Source of the DNA: Erysipelotrichaceae bacterium
Lineage (GTDB): Bacteria > Bacillota_I > Bacilli_A > Erysipelotrichales > Erysipelotrichaceae
NCBI GenBank assembly: GCA_022772735.1
Contig: JALEZD010000023.1
Span: 99,791 to 123,790 of the forward strand
Direction: 5' to 3'
DNA: 24,000 nucleotides
Positions 1 through 8,171 of this stretch are shown in pieces; within the stretch, counting starts at the first letter, position 1; each line of letters opens with the position of its first letter. Both the position numbers and the translations under genes were made by a program. Below the pieces are notes generated by a model. That model was given only the letters and a program-made list of their open reading frames with translations. It was not told the origin of the DNA and ran no database searches.

Positions 1-76
1 AAAAAACAATAAAATACTAAACAAAATAAATAAAAATTTAAATATAATTGTAAACAATAAACAAGGACTTTGATAT

Positions 77-700
77 ATGAGTATAAATTTAATTTGGGAT
101 TTAGATGGTACATTGTTAGACTCATATGATAATATGGTTGAATCACTTTTATTACTTTGTAACAAATTTAATATAGATATAACTAAAATAGAATTATTAA
201 AAAAAATCAAAACAACATCTATTACTGATTTTATTAAAGAAATTTCTGTTGAAAAAAATTTGGACTATAATGAATTAATAAATTTGTTTATAAAAAACAA
301 GAGAACATTTGAATATAATAAGTTAATTGAAAATGTTTTTGAAGTTTTAGTATATTTAAAAGAAAAAAATATAAAATGTTATGTATATACTCATAATGAT
401 AATAAAACTTTTGAAATATTAAAAAAATTAAATGTCATACAATATTTTGAAGAGATTATTACAAGTGATAATGGTTTTTTAAGAAAACCTAATCCTGATG
501 CTTTAATTTATTTGATTGAAAAATATAAAATGGAAAAAGAAAATACTTATTACATTGGTGATAGAAATCTTGATATTGAATGTGCAAATAATGCAAAAAT
601 AAAAAGCATATTATTTTTAAATGATTCAATAATTGAAAGTGAAAAAAAAGAAACATATCTAATTAAAGATATGTTAGAAATAAAAGAAATTTTCAGATAA
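77..700 (+). CDS. HAD-IA family hydrolase (phosphoglycolate phosphatase / PpaX-like)
   Basis: 207-aa ORF. HAD motif I is DLDGTLLDS near the N-terminus. It also has a motif III Lys (RKPNPD) and motif IV GDRNLDIE. An AAGGA RBS lies at 63-67, 9 nt before the ATG. Confidence 0.8.
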   Translation: MSINLIWDLDGTLLDSYDNMVESLLLLCNKFNIDITKIELLKKIKTTSITDFIKEISVEKNLDYNELINLFIKNKRTFEYNKLIENVFEVLVYLKEKNIKCYVYTHNDNKTFEILKKLNVIQYFEEIITSDNGFLRKPNPDALIYLIEKYKMEKENTYYIGDRNLDIECANNAKIKSILFLNDSIIESEKKETYLIKDMLEIKEIFR

Positions 701-1546
701 TTATTTTAATATATATTCTTTAATAAATTTAGCAAATCCATTTTCAATAAAAGAAGGTGCAATATAGTCTGCAACTTTTTTTGTTTCTTCCATACCATTT
801 TTCATGCATACACCTATATTTACTGCCTCAAGCATTGATATGTCATTTTCTCCATCTCCAAATGCCATAGTATTTTGTAAATTAATATTTTCTATTTTAC
901 AAATATCAATAACAGCATTTCCTTTTGAGATGTTAGAGTGTTGAACTTCTAACCAATTTTTTGTCACAAAGAAGCAATTATAAGGTTTATTTTCTAAAGA
1001 TTCTATACAATTTTTTAACTTTTTTAAATTGGAATAAGTAGAAATAAAACATATTTTTGCAGTTTCCTTTAAATGTATTTTATTAATATCCATTGAAAAA
1101 ATTGATTTGGTTTTTTTTCTTTGTTTAAAAACAAATCTCATTTTATTTAAAAGATTAAATGTATATGCAAAAATAAATTGTTTTCTTGAAGTAACAAGAT
1201 ATGTTGTTTTCTCGTAATGTATATTACTAAAACAGTTATTTTTAAGACCTAATTTATACAAAAATTTTAGTTCATCTTTATCTAATAATTTTTTTTCAAT
1301 AACTTCATTAGTTTTTAAATTTTTTATATATTGCCCATTCATGCATACAACATAATCAAATGGTAGTTTTAACAAATCATCTGGAATAGAGTATATAGGT
1401 CGACCAGAATTTGCAACAAGTGTAATATTTTTTTCTTTTAATTTTTTTATGACTTCAACTGTTTCTTCAGATAACTTTCCATTTATATTTAATAATGTTC
1501 CATCTAAATCACATGAAATTAGTTTTATATTTTCAATTTTTTTCAT
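701..1546 (-). CDS. Cof-type HAD-IIB hydrolase (sugar-phosphatase-like)
   Basis: 281-aa ORF. It has N-terminal CDLDGTLLN, a large cap insertion, and C-terminal GDGENDISML, which is typical of Cof/YidA-type HAD-IIB enzymes. Its stop codon directly abuts the stop of the convergent gene at 700/701. Confidence 0.85.
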   Translation of the reverse strand: MKKIENIKLISCDLDGTLLNINGKLSEETVEVIKKLKEKNITLVANSGRPIYSIPDDLLKLPFDYVVCMNGQYIKNLKTNEVIEKKLLDKDELKFLYKLGLKNNCFSNIHYEKTTYLVTSRKQFIFAYTFNLLNKMRFVFKQRKKTKSIFSMDINKIHLKETAKICFISTYSNLKKLKNCIESLENKPYNCFFVTKNWLEVQHSNISKGNAVIDICKIENINLQNTMAFGDGENDISMLEAVNIGVCMKNGMEETKKVADYIAPSFIENGFAKFIKEYILK

Positions 1547-1598
1547 AAAATCTCCAATCCGATATATTATAACATGATATAATTTTTTAGGGGTAAAT

Positions 1599-2069
1599 AT
1601 GTTAGCGTATAATTTTGTGTTTTTTATAGTATTTTTATCAGTTATTTTTTATAGTTTTTATAAGATTTTTACTGTTAATAGAAAAATATTAATTAGTTGT
1701 AAATATATAAATAATACAAATATATTATTTATTTTTGTAATTATTTTTGGACTATTAACACTGATTTTTAATTATACAACATTGGATTTAATTAGGGTAT
1801 TTACAATGTCTACTTCTATAGTCATATATATGTTTATTAAAAGTGGATTATCAGAAGATGGTATTTATATAAGTGGCAGTTTTTACTCATATGATGATAT
1901 TGAGTATTATTCGTACAGTGATAAAAAAATATTTTCTTTATTTATAAAAACCTGTGGAAATAAAACCGATAAATATAATTTGAAATTAGAGTTCAATATA
2001 AAAAACAAAGAAAAGATATGTGATTTATTAAAAACAAAGTTAATTAAAAAATATAAAAAATCGATATAA
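1599..2069 (+). CDS. Hypothetical small membrane protein (about 3 TM segments plus a basic C-terminal soluble domain)
   Basis: 156-aa ORF with hydrophobic N-terminal segments and a Lys-rich C-terminal half. An AGGGG RBS precedes the ATG. I recognise no family. Confidence 0.5.
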   Translation: MLAYNFVFFIVFLSVIFYSFYKIFTVNRKILISCKYINNTNILFIFVIIFGLLTLIFNYTTLDLIRVFTMSTSIVIYMFIKSGLSEDGIYISGSFYSYDDIEYYSYSDKKIFSLFIKTCGNKTDKYNLKLEFNIKNKEKICDLLKTKLIKKYKKSI

Positions 2070-2105
2070 TGATATACTTAGCTTAATAATTTATATGGAG
2101 GATAT

Positions 2106-2594
2106 ATGAAAAAGCCAATTGTTGCAGTAATTATGGGATCAAAAAGTGATTTGGAATATGTTAAAAATACATTTGATATTTTAAATGAGTTTGAAATTGA
2201 ATTTGAAGCTAGAATACTAAGTGCACATAGAACTTTAGATGAAACTGTTTCGTATGTTAAAGAATTATATGAAAGGGATTTTAAAGTTGTTATTGCGGCT
2301 GCAGGAGGTGCTGCACATTTGGCAGGTGTAATTGCAGGTTGTACAACTTTGCCAGTAATTGGTGTACCAATAAAAACATCCACTTTAGATGGATTAGATA
2401 GTTTATTATCTATCGTACAAATGCCAAAAGGGGTACCAGTTGCGACAGTGGCAATTGGTAAAGCAGGATGTATTAATGCAGGTATTTTAGCTGCAACTAT
2501 AATTGGTGCTTTTGATAAAGAAATGCATAAAAAAATTGAATCTTATAAAAATAATATGAAGGATCAAGTTTTAAATAGTAAAATTGATTATTAA
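2106..2594 (+). CDS. purE: 5-(carboxyamino)imidazole ribonucleotide mutase PurE (class I signature)
   Basis: 162 aa. It has VAVIMGSKSDL, SAHRT and AAGGAAHLAGV motifs, and a GGAGG RBS at 2096-2100. The SAHRT motif (rather than SAHK) suggests a class I N5-CAIR mutase. Confidence 0.9.
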   Translation: MKKPIVAVIMGSKSDLEYVKNTFDILNEFEIEFEARILSAHRTLDETVSYVKELYERDFKVVIAAAGGAAHLAGVIAGCTTLPVIGVPIKTSTLDGLDSLLSIVQMPKGVPVATVAIGKAGCINAGILAATIIGAFDKEMHKKIESYKNNMKDQVLNSKIDY

Positions 2595-2607
2595 GTAGGT
2601 GGATAAA

Positions 2608-4119
2608 ATGAAGAAAAGGGCATTAATTAGTGTATATGATAAAACAAATATTGTAGAATTTTGTAAAAAGTTAATTGAATTAAATTTTGAAATAATATCT
2701 ACAGGAGGAACAAAAAAACTTTTAGATCAAAATAATATTAAAAATATTTCTGTGGAAGATGTTACAAATTTTCCGGAAATGTTAGATGGTAGAGTAAAAA
2801 CTTTACATCCTAAAATACATGGTGGCATACTAGGAGTTTTAGATAATGAGGCACATGTTGAAAAGATGAATCAATTTGAAATTACACCAATAAGCTTAGT
2901 TTGTGTAAATTTATATCCGTTTAAAAAAACAATAGAAAAAAAAGATTGTACTTTTTTAGAAGCAATTGAAAATATTGATATTGGTGGACCAGCAATGTTG
3001 AGAAGTGCTGCAAAAAATCATAAATATACTACTGTTATATGTGATATTGATGATTATGATTTAGTTATTGATGAGATTAAAAATTTAAATAATACAACTT
3101 TTGAAACAAGAAAAAAATTGGCAGTAAAAGTTTTTAAAGTTACATCGGAATATGATAATTTAATTTCAGATTATCTATTTAATAATGAAAGTCTAAATAT
3201 TAAATATAACTTAAAACAAAATTTAAGATATGGAGAAAATCCACATCAAAGTGCAAGTTTTTATGTAGATGAAAATGAATATAGTTATAGCATAAGTAAT
3301 TCTATCCAATTACATGGCAAAGAATTATCTTACAATAATATTCAAGATTCAAATGCCACATTGGAGATTTTAAGAGAATTCGAATATACAAATTGTGTTG
3401 TTGCATGTAAACATACAAATCCATGTGGGGTAGGTATTGGAGATACTATACATGAAGCATGGAATAAGGCTTATGAAGCTGATCCTAAAAGCATTTTTGG
3501 TGGAATTGTGGCATTTAACAAAGAAGTTGATGAGCCTTCTGCAAAAATGATGAGTGAAATGTTTCTTGAAGTAATATTAGCACCTTCTTTTAGTAAAGAA
3601 GCCTTTGAACTTTTAAGTAAGAAAAAAAATATAAGATTAATTACATTTAACAAACATGGGAATTATATTAATAAAAAACTTGTTTCAGTTACTGGTGGAA
3701 TACTTGTTCAAAGTGTAGATGATACAAGTGATAATGAAATACAGATAGTAACAAATAAAAAACCTACAGAAAAAGAAATTGATGATGCACTTTTTGGAAT
3801 GAAGATTGTTAAACATGTAAAATCAAACGCAATAGTTTTAGTAAAAGATGGCCAAAGTATTGGTATTGGTGCAGGGCAAATGAATAGAGTTGGTGCATGT
3901 AAAATTGCTTGTGAAATGGCTGATATGAAATCACATGGAAGTGTTTTAGCTTCTGATGCATTTTTTCCGATGTCAGATACTGTTGAACTTGCTGCAAAAT
4001 ATGGTATAAGTTGTATAATTCAACCTGGAGGCTCAATTAGAGATCAAGAATCAATTGATATGTGCAATAAATATAATATTTCAATGATATTTACAGGTAA
4101 AAGACATTTTAAACATTAA
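2608..4119 (+). CDS. purH: Bifunctional AICAR formyltransferase / IMP cyclohydrolase PurH
   Basis: The N-terminal MGS-like domain reads ALISVYDKT...STGGT...GRVKTLHPKIHGG. The C-terminal AICARFT domain reads LRYGENPHQ...SDAFFP. The ORF track starts at GTG 2599. I prefer ATG 2608, which lies 5 nt after AGGTGG (2597-2602). Confidence 0.93.
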   Translation: MKKRALISVYDKTNIVEFCKKLIELNFEIISTGGTKKLLDQNNIKNISVEDVTNFPEMLDGRVKTLHPKIHGGILGVLDNEAHVEKMNQFEITPISLVCVNLYPFKKTIEKKDCTFLEAIENIDIGGPAMLRSAAKNHKYTTVICDIDDYDLVIDEIKNLNNTTFETRKKLAVKVFKVTSEYDNLISDYLFNNESLNIKYNLKQNLRYGENPHQSASFYVDENEYSYSISNSIQLHGKELSYNNIQDSNATLEILREFEYTNCVVACKHTNPCGVGIGDTIHEAWNKAYEADPKSIFGGIVAFNKEVDEPSAKMMSEMFLEVILAPSFSKEAFELLSKKKNIRLITFNKHGNYINKKLVSVTGGILVQSVDDTSDNEIQIVTNKKPTEKEIDDALFGMKIVKHVKSNAIVLVKDGQSIGIGAGQMNRVGACKIACEMADMKSHGSVLASDAFFPMSDTVELAAKYGISCIIQPGGSIRDQESIDMCNKYNISMIFTGKRHFKH

Positions 4120-4146
4120 TTATAAATTTATTATTTGAAATAATAG

Positions 4147-4196
4147 ATGATATTTATAAATACAAATTGTTTGTATTCAATAAATATCATTTTTTT
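4147..4196 (+). terminator. Rho-independent terminator after purH
   Basis: Nested inverted repeat followed by a run of T. The outer arms are ATGATATTTAT (4147-4157) and ATAAATATCAT (4180-4190). The inner arms are ATACAAA and TTTGTAT. The T-run spans 4190-4196. The stem is AT-rich, as expected for this genome. Confidence 0.6.
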
Positions 4197-4213
4197 AAAT
4201 ATGATAATAAAAA

Positions 4214-4242
4214 TTGACACATAAAATTCATATAAGTATAAT
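4214..4242 (+). promoter_or_regulatory. Consensus sigma-A promoter for the histidine-triad lipoprotein gene
   Basis: TTGACA (4214-4219), an exact 17-nt spacer, then TATAAT (4237-4242). The element lies 45 nt upstream of the ATG at 4287. Confidence 0.6.
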
Positions 4243-4256
4243 ACATAATGTAAAAA

Positions 4257-4271
4257 TGGAAATGATTTTCA
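4257..4271 (+). promoter_or_regulatory. Fur-family-like 7-1-7 inverted repeat (candidate Zur/Fur operator)
   Basis: TGGAAAT-G-ATTTTCA is an imperfect palindrome with 6 of 7 arm positions complementary. It lies between the -10 box and the RBS. It matches the Bacillus Fur 7-1-7 core TGATAAT-N-ATTATCA at 11 of 14 positions. The match to the Zur core is weaker. Confidence 0.3.
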
Positions 4272-4286
4272 AATTAAGAGGGGTAT

Positions 4287-6161
4287 ATGAAAAAGTATTT
4301 GTTTTTTATAAGTGTTTTTATTTTGATTGGATGTGTTAATAAAACAAAGCCAACTATAAATGAATTTAGTCAAGATGAGATAAAAAAATTAGTAGAACAA
4401 GCTGCAACCGCAAGTAATTTAGATATTTTGGATAAAGTAATTACTTTAGAAAAAAATGATAAATATATTATTTTAATGGATAAAGAAGGATTTATTTTTA
4501 TTGATTTAACAAGTTTAGAAGCAAAGTCGTATAGATTAAAAAAGAATTTAGAAATTGAAAGTTCTTCTATAAACGAAGATGAGAAAAACACTACAATTGA
4601 AGAAGATAAAAAGATTGTGAATATAAGAAAACACGGCAATCATTGGCATGTAACTATGGATGATGGTAGTGAGTTTATTACTTTTAAAGATCCAAGTGGT
4701 AATAAAACTTCTAAAAATATAGATGATAAAATAGAAGTAGTTAAAAATGTTAATAATGAAAAAAAAGAAATCTCTAGGTACTTACATGGTGATCATTGGC
4801 ATGTTAAATATGAAGATGGAAGTGAGGCAATAATATATGTTAATGGTAATAGTACAAATGATTTAAATAATATTAAAAATGTAAATGGTGTATTTGAAAA
4901 AGTAATTGATCATGGTGAACATATACATGTTTGGCATAATGGAAAAGAATATTCAATCAATAAAATAATGTATGATGAATTTATTTCTAGTGGGAAATTT
5001 GATGAAAACAAAGCCCTCGGAAAAGATAATAAAAGTCTTGTAGAAAATACTGATGAAAAAATAAAAAAAGAAATAGAGTATATTTCTGAAGTTTATAATG
5101 TACCCATTGAAGCAATAAAATATTCTGAAGAGTATTATGTTTTTAATGATCCAAGTCATTCATATGATCCAAGTCACATACATCCATATTATATTTATAG
5201 AAAAAGATTTGTAATCCCAGAGGTAACTGGAATTGATGAAATTGATTTTGAAAATGAGCTTGTTGCACTTGCAAATTTAAATAATATACCTATGAACCAA
5301 ATTAGAATATTTAATGATAAATTTGTACTTAGTCATGGAAGTCATGATCATTATGTAAAAATTAAAACTAAAAATTATAAGGAATATTTTGATAACAAAT
5401 TACCTACAATTCAAGGAAAATATATTGAAGGTGATTTTGATGAAACCTTAATTTTTAATAAAATTGATGAATTATTAAATAATTCTGAATCTAAATTTAC
5501 GGATATTGTTGTTAAAAGGCGAATAAGTAGAGCATTATTAGATTTAAAGCAAAGTATTAAGGCAGGAAAAAGTAATTCAACACAAGGTTATTTAGAAATG
5601 TTAGAAACATTTAATAAAAAATACATTCTTTTAGAGGATGTTAATGTTGTGGTAGATGAGGTTACTCAAAAATATTATGATTTAATAAATAAAGTGAATT
5701 CCAAACCTAATAATTTTTTTAGTATGGGTATTACAAAAGAAACAATAATTGAAGAAATTAATAAACATCAAAATGATTTGTTGAATTTAAAACTTTATGA
5801 GCATATTATTAATGAACTTGAAAAGTTTGAAGCAAGAAAAAATATTATAACTATTGGATATGCAAAATATTTAATTGAAAATGTTCAGAGTAGCTATATA
5901 TCAAATGATTTAAGAGAAGAAATATCAGAGTTAATTGTATATTTGAATAGTGGTATGTTTAACATTGATAACGACCGTGTTTTCCAACTAATAAATTTAA
6001 AAATTAAAGTTTTCGATTCTTTAAATAAGAAAGAAGAATTTGAAATTTTAGAAGGTGAACATTATTCTAATTTAATCATAAATCATTTTACAAGTGCTAG
6101 TGAATTTGTTGATGCAGTTAGTGATATGTCAGAAGAATTAACATTTCCTGATTCATTATAA
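4287..6161 (+). CDS. Lipoprotein with repeated histidine-triad (HxxHxH, Pht-like) modules and a long helical C-terminal region
   Basis: The signal peptide has a lipobox (FILIGC, Cys16). HxxHxH motifs are HGNHWH (4632-4649), HGDHWH (4785-4802), HGEHIH (4911-4928) and HGSHDH (5334-5351). A degenerate SHIH lies at 5172-5183. The motifs are embedded in repeated modules of the form HGxHxHV..(D/N)G(S/K)E. An AAGAGGGG RBS is present. Confidence 0.7.
   Translation: MKKYLFFISVFILIGCVNKTKPTINEFSQDEIKKLVEQAATASNLDILDKVITLEKNDKYIILMDKEGFIFIDLTSLEAKSYRLKKNLEIESSSINEDEKNTTIEEDKKIVNIRKHGNHWHVTMDDGSEFITFKDPSGNKTSKNIDDKIEVVKNVNNEKKEISRYLHGDHWHVKYEDGSEAIIYVNGNSTNDLNNIKNVNGVFEKVIDHGEHIHVWHNGKEYSINKIMYDEFISSGKFDENKALGKDNKSLVENTDEKIKKEIEYISEVYNVPIEAIKYSEEYYVFNDPSHSYDPSHIHPYYIYRKRFVIPEVTGIDEIDFENELVALANLNNIPMNQIRIFNDKFVLSHGSHDHYVKIKTKNYKEYFDNKLPTIQGKYIEGDFDETLIFNKIDELLNNSESKFTDIVVKRRISRALLDLKQSIKAGKSNSTQGYLEMLETFNKKYILLEDVNVVVDEVTQKYYDLINKVNSKPNNFFSMGITKETIIEEINKHQNDLLNLKLYEHIINELEKFEARKNIITIGYAKYLIENVQSSYISNDLREEISELIVYLNSGMFNIDNDRVFQLINLKIKVFDSLNKKEEFEILEGEHYSNLIINHFTSASEFVDAVSDMSEELTFPDSL
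4632..5351 (+). repeat. Intragenic array of 4-5 histidine-triad modules
   Basis: There are four canonical HxxHxH motifs and one degenerate motif, at irregular spacing (about 51, 42, 88 and 53 residues apart). The first three share flanking residues: HG-HWHV--(D/E)DGSE and HGEHIHVWHNGKE. Confidence 0.6.
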
Positions 6162-6169
6162 AACAGAAT

Positions 6170-6195
6170 AAAACCCCAAATTAACTTGGGGTTTT
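6170..6195. terminator. Bidirectional intrinsic terminator between convergent genes
   Basis: AAAACCCCAA-ATTAAC... pairs with TTGGGGTTTT. The core stem is CCCCAA (6174-6179) with TTGGGG (6186-6191). A-runs and T-runs flank both sides. The element overlaps the stop codon of the minus-strand regulator gene (6194-6196). Confidence 0.75.
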
Positions 6196-8080
6196 AGTTT
6201 TCAAAAATTTCAATAAAATCTTCAAAAGATTTTGATTTTAAAATGGTAGATAATTTAGAAATATCACTAGATAAGTCACTCATCCAATTGAAGAATAATT
6301 TCATTACATCACTTTCCATATTTTTTATAGTTAGTAAAAAAATTATTTGAACTTCATAATTATCCCAAGTGATTGGTTTATTCAATATCATAATACTTAT
6401 ACTAGAACTATTAATTGAATCAGTATTCAAGCTATGAGGTATTGCAAAACCTTGAATAAAAGAAGTACTAGACATAGTTTCACGAGCTAACACACTATTT
6501 AAATAATCATTAGTTACTTCATTTTTTTGATAAAGTTTATCACATAAGAAGCTTATTGCTTCATTAGGATTTTTAAACTCTTTATTTAAATAAAAGTTTT
6601 CTTTTTTTATGATATTTGCTAAATATTTTCTGTAATCTTTTTGTAATTTTTTTTGTTCGCATTCGTTTATTGCTTGGAAAATTTTTACTTCATCTTGATA
6701 GTTAAAGAATACAGATATTAAAACTGTTACAATATTTAAATTATGAATAATTGGTATACTACTGATTATAATGTCACACGAAAGTGTTTTAATTTTCTCT
6801 TCTTCAAAATAATTTAAAACAGCCACAATATCTAAGTGATGTTCAAATGTATTATTCAATTTGTTAATTAATTCGGTGTATATACCATGTGAATTTGGTA
6901 GTAATAAAACAGCACGATATTTTTGAGAATTTTGTCTTTCATATGCAGTTCCAAGATGTAAGGCAACAAAACCTATTTCAGATTCACATATTTTAATATT
7001 TAGTTTATTTTGCAAGTAATCACATGCAGCAATAGACAACTCAAATACAAGAGGAAATCTTTTTTTAATTTCATCTAAATAAAGATTTGATGGTGCTGCA
7101 TTTATTTTTAATCTCTCAAGTAAAGACTGAATGTGTAAACTCAAACCAACAGCTAATTCATTATCAATAGAAAAATCAATTCCAAATTGTTTGTAAATAT
7201 GATCAATTAATTCTTTGACAAGTTCTTCATAAACTAGATTACCTGTTAAAGAATAAGTGTCTTGATTTTTTTTGGTCATTAGTAATAATGAAAATAAAAT
7301 TATCTCAGAATCATATTTTTCAATTTGATATAATTTTGCAAGTTCTGTAAAAAATTCGGTTGCGATTTTAAATTCTATTGTTTCATTTATATCGACATTT
7401 AAAGCTATATTATCAATATGATGAAAGTTCATAAGCCTTTCTATAGTAACTCCAACATGTACAATCAAAACTGGAAAAGATACAGTACTTATTTTGTAGT
7501 TATATTTATCTAATATTGCTTCTAAACATCTTTTTGCCTTTAACAAATCAAATTTATTGTATAAAGATGCAATTTCATTAAGATTGTATAAATTGTTTTG
7601 AGTTTCCTCCATTAACATATCCTTATAAAGTTTTCTTTTGCTTTGTTCAGGACCTTTTAAATATAAGTTTTGTTTTGACTTAGAAATTGTTAAATTATCA
7701 TAGTTTTTTAAAATTTCTTTTATCTTTTTTAAGTCATTATCTAGTGAATATTCACTTATATATATATCTTCTATTAATTGATTAATATATGTATTTTGTT
7801 TGTTTATTAACAGTTGTTTAAGAATATAGTTATACCTTTCTTTTGGAGTCTGAGGTATTTGATTTTGAGGTATTGTATCAAAATAATTAAATGATGAATT
7901 TAGTCTATATCCTTGTTTTGTATTAGATTCTATAACAACTGAATTAAATTCAGAATTTATTTTTTCAATATCATACCTTATTGTTCTATCTGTAACACCT
8001 AAAATACTAGATAACTCCTTACCAGTTATCCAGTTTTTATTATTTAGTAAAGTTAGAATTTGTTTGTGTCGTTTTTGCAT
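6194..8080 (-). CDS. PRD-domain transcriptional activator of the LicR/MtlR/ManR type (HTH, PRD1, PRD2, EIIB-like, EIIA-Mtl-like)
   Basis: 628 aa. The N-terminal DeoR-type HTH reads ITGKELSSILGVTDRTIRYDIEKIN. PRD histidines occur in LIVHVGVTIERL, LSLHIQSLLERL and VALHLGTAYER. The C-terminal EIIA(Mtl/Fru)-type motif is GFAIPHS. The EIIB-like segment AVLLLPNSHG lacks the usual Cys. Confidence 0.85.
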   Translation of the reverse strand: MQKRHKQILTLLNNKNWITGKELSSILGVTDRTIRYDIEKINSEFNSVVIESNTKQGYRLNSSFNYFDTIPQNQIPQTPKERYNYILKQLLINKQNTYINQLIEDIYISEYSLDNDLKKIKEILKNYDNLTISKSKQNLYLKGPEQSKRKLYKDMLMEETQNNLYNLNEIASLYNKFDLLKAKRCLEAILDKYNYKISTVSFPVLIVHVGVTIERLMNFHHIDNIALNVDINETIEFKIATEFFTELAKLYQIEKYDSEIILFSLLLMTKKNQDTYSLTGNLVYEELVKELIDHIYKQFGIDFSIDNELAVGLSLHIQSLLERLKINAAPSNLYLDEIKKRFPLVFELSIAACDYLQNKLNIKICESEIGFVALHLGTAYERQNSQKYRAVLLLPNSHGIYTELINKLNNTFEHHLDIVAVLNYFEEEKIKTLSCDIIISSIPIIHNLNIVTVLISVFFNYQDEVKIFQAINECEQKKLQKDYRKYLANIIKKENFYLNKEFKNPNEAISFLCDKLYQKNEVTNDYLNSVLARETMSSTSFIQGFAIPHSLNTDSINSSSISIMILNKPITWDNYEVQIIFLLTIKNMESDVMKLFFNWMSDLSSDISKLSTILKSKSFEDFIEIFEN

Positions 8081-8171
8081 AGTACTCCTATATTTCCTTT
8101 CTTTAGGAAAAAGTTTAATTTTTTAAAATTTACTATAGATTTTACAATATTTATGAGGGGTGAATATTTAG

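Noticed and set aside
1575-1583. Extended -10 element TGATATAAT upstream of the small membrane protein gene. A TATAAT at 43-48 upstream of the first HAD gene was also considered.
   Set aside because: TATAAT-like hexamers are expected by chance at this AT content. Neither has a credible -35 box. The one at 1578-1583 lies so close to the RBS (1588-1594) that the predicted transcription start would clip it.
2070-2105. Purine riboswitch or T-box-type leader upstream of purE.
   Set aside because: The intergenic gap is 36 nt and holds only an RBS, which is far too short for a riboswitch aptamer and expression platform.
2078-2383. A 101-aa minus-strand ORF antisense to purE. Similar embedded ORFs occur at 3471-3653, 3809-4036, 4370-4639, 4953-5159, 9050-9268, 10215-10397, 13566-13838, 15888-16130, 16317-16523, 16955-17173, 19716-19943, 22702-22920, 23404-23775 and 23612-23815.
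   Set aside because: All lie fully inside, and antisense to, genes with strong family motifs. They lack RBS support and have low-complexity, Phe/Ile/Leu/Ser-rich translations, as expected from antisense reading of AT-rich coding DNA.
4632-5351. Reading the His-rich motifs as a HIT-family (HxHxHxx) nucleotide hydrolase signature.
   Set aside because: The motif is HxxHxH, it is repeated several times, and it occurs in a lipobox-bearing exported protein. That fits the Pht-type histidine triad, not the single C-terminal HxHxHxx motif of cytoplasmic HIT enzymes.
8093-8110. Inverted repeat TTTCCT-N6-AGGAAA in the divergent regulator/operon intergenic region, considered as a possible operator for the PRD activator.
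   Set aside because: The arms are only 6 bp, so a chance match is plausible in AT-rich DNA. The repeat also overlaps the purine tract near the regulator's own RBS. I could not identify convincing -35/-10 boxes for either divergent gene, so no regulatory call is made.
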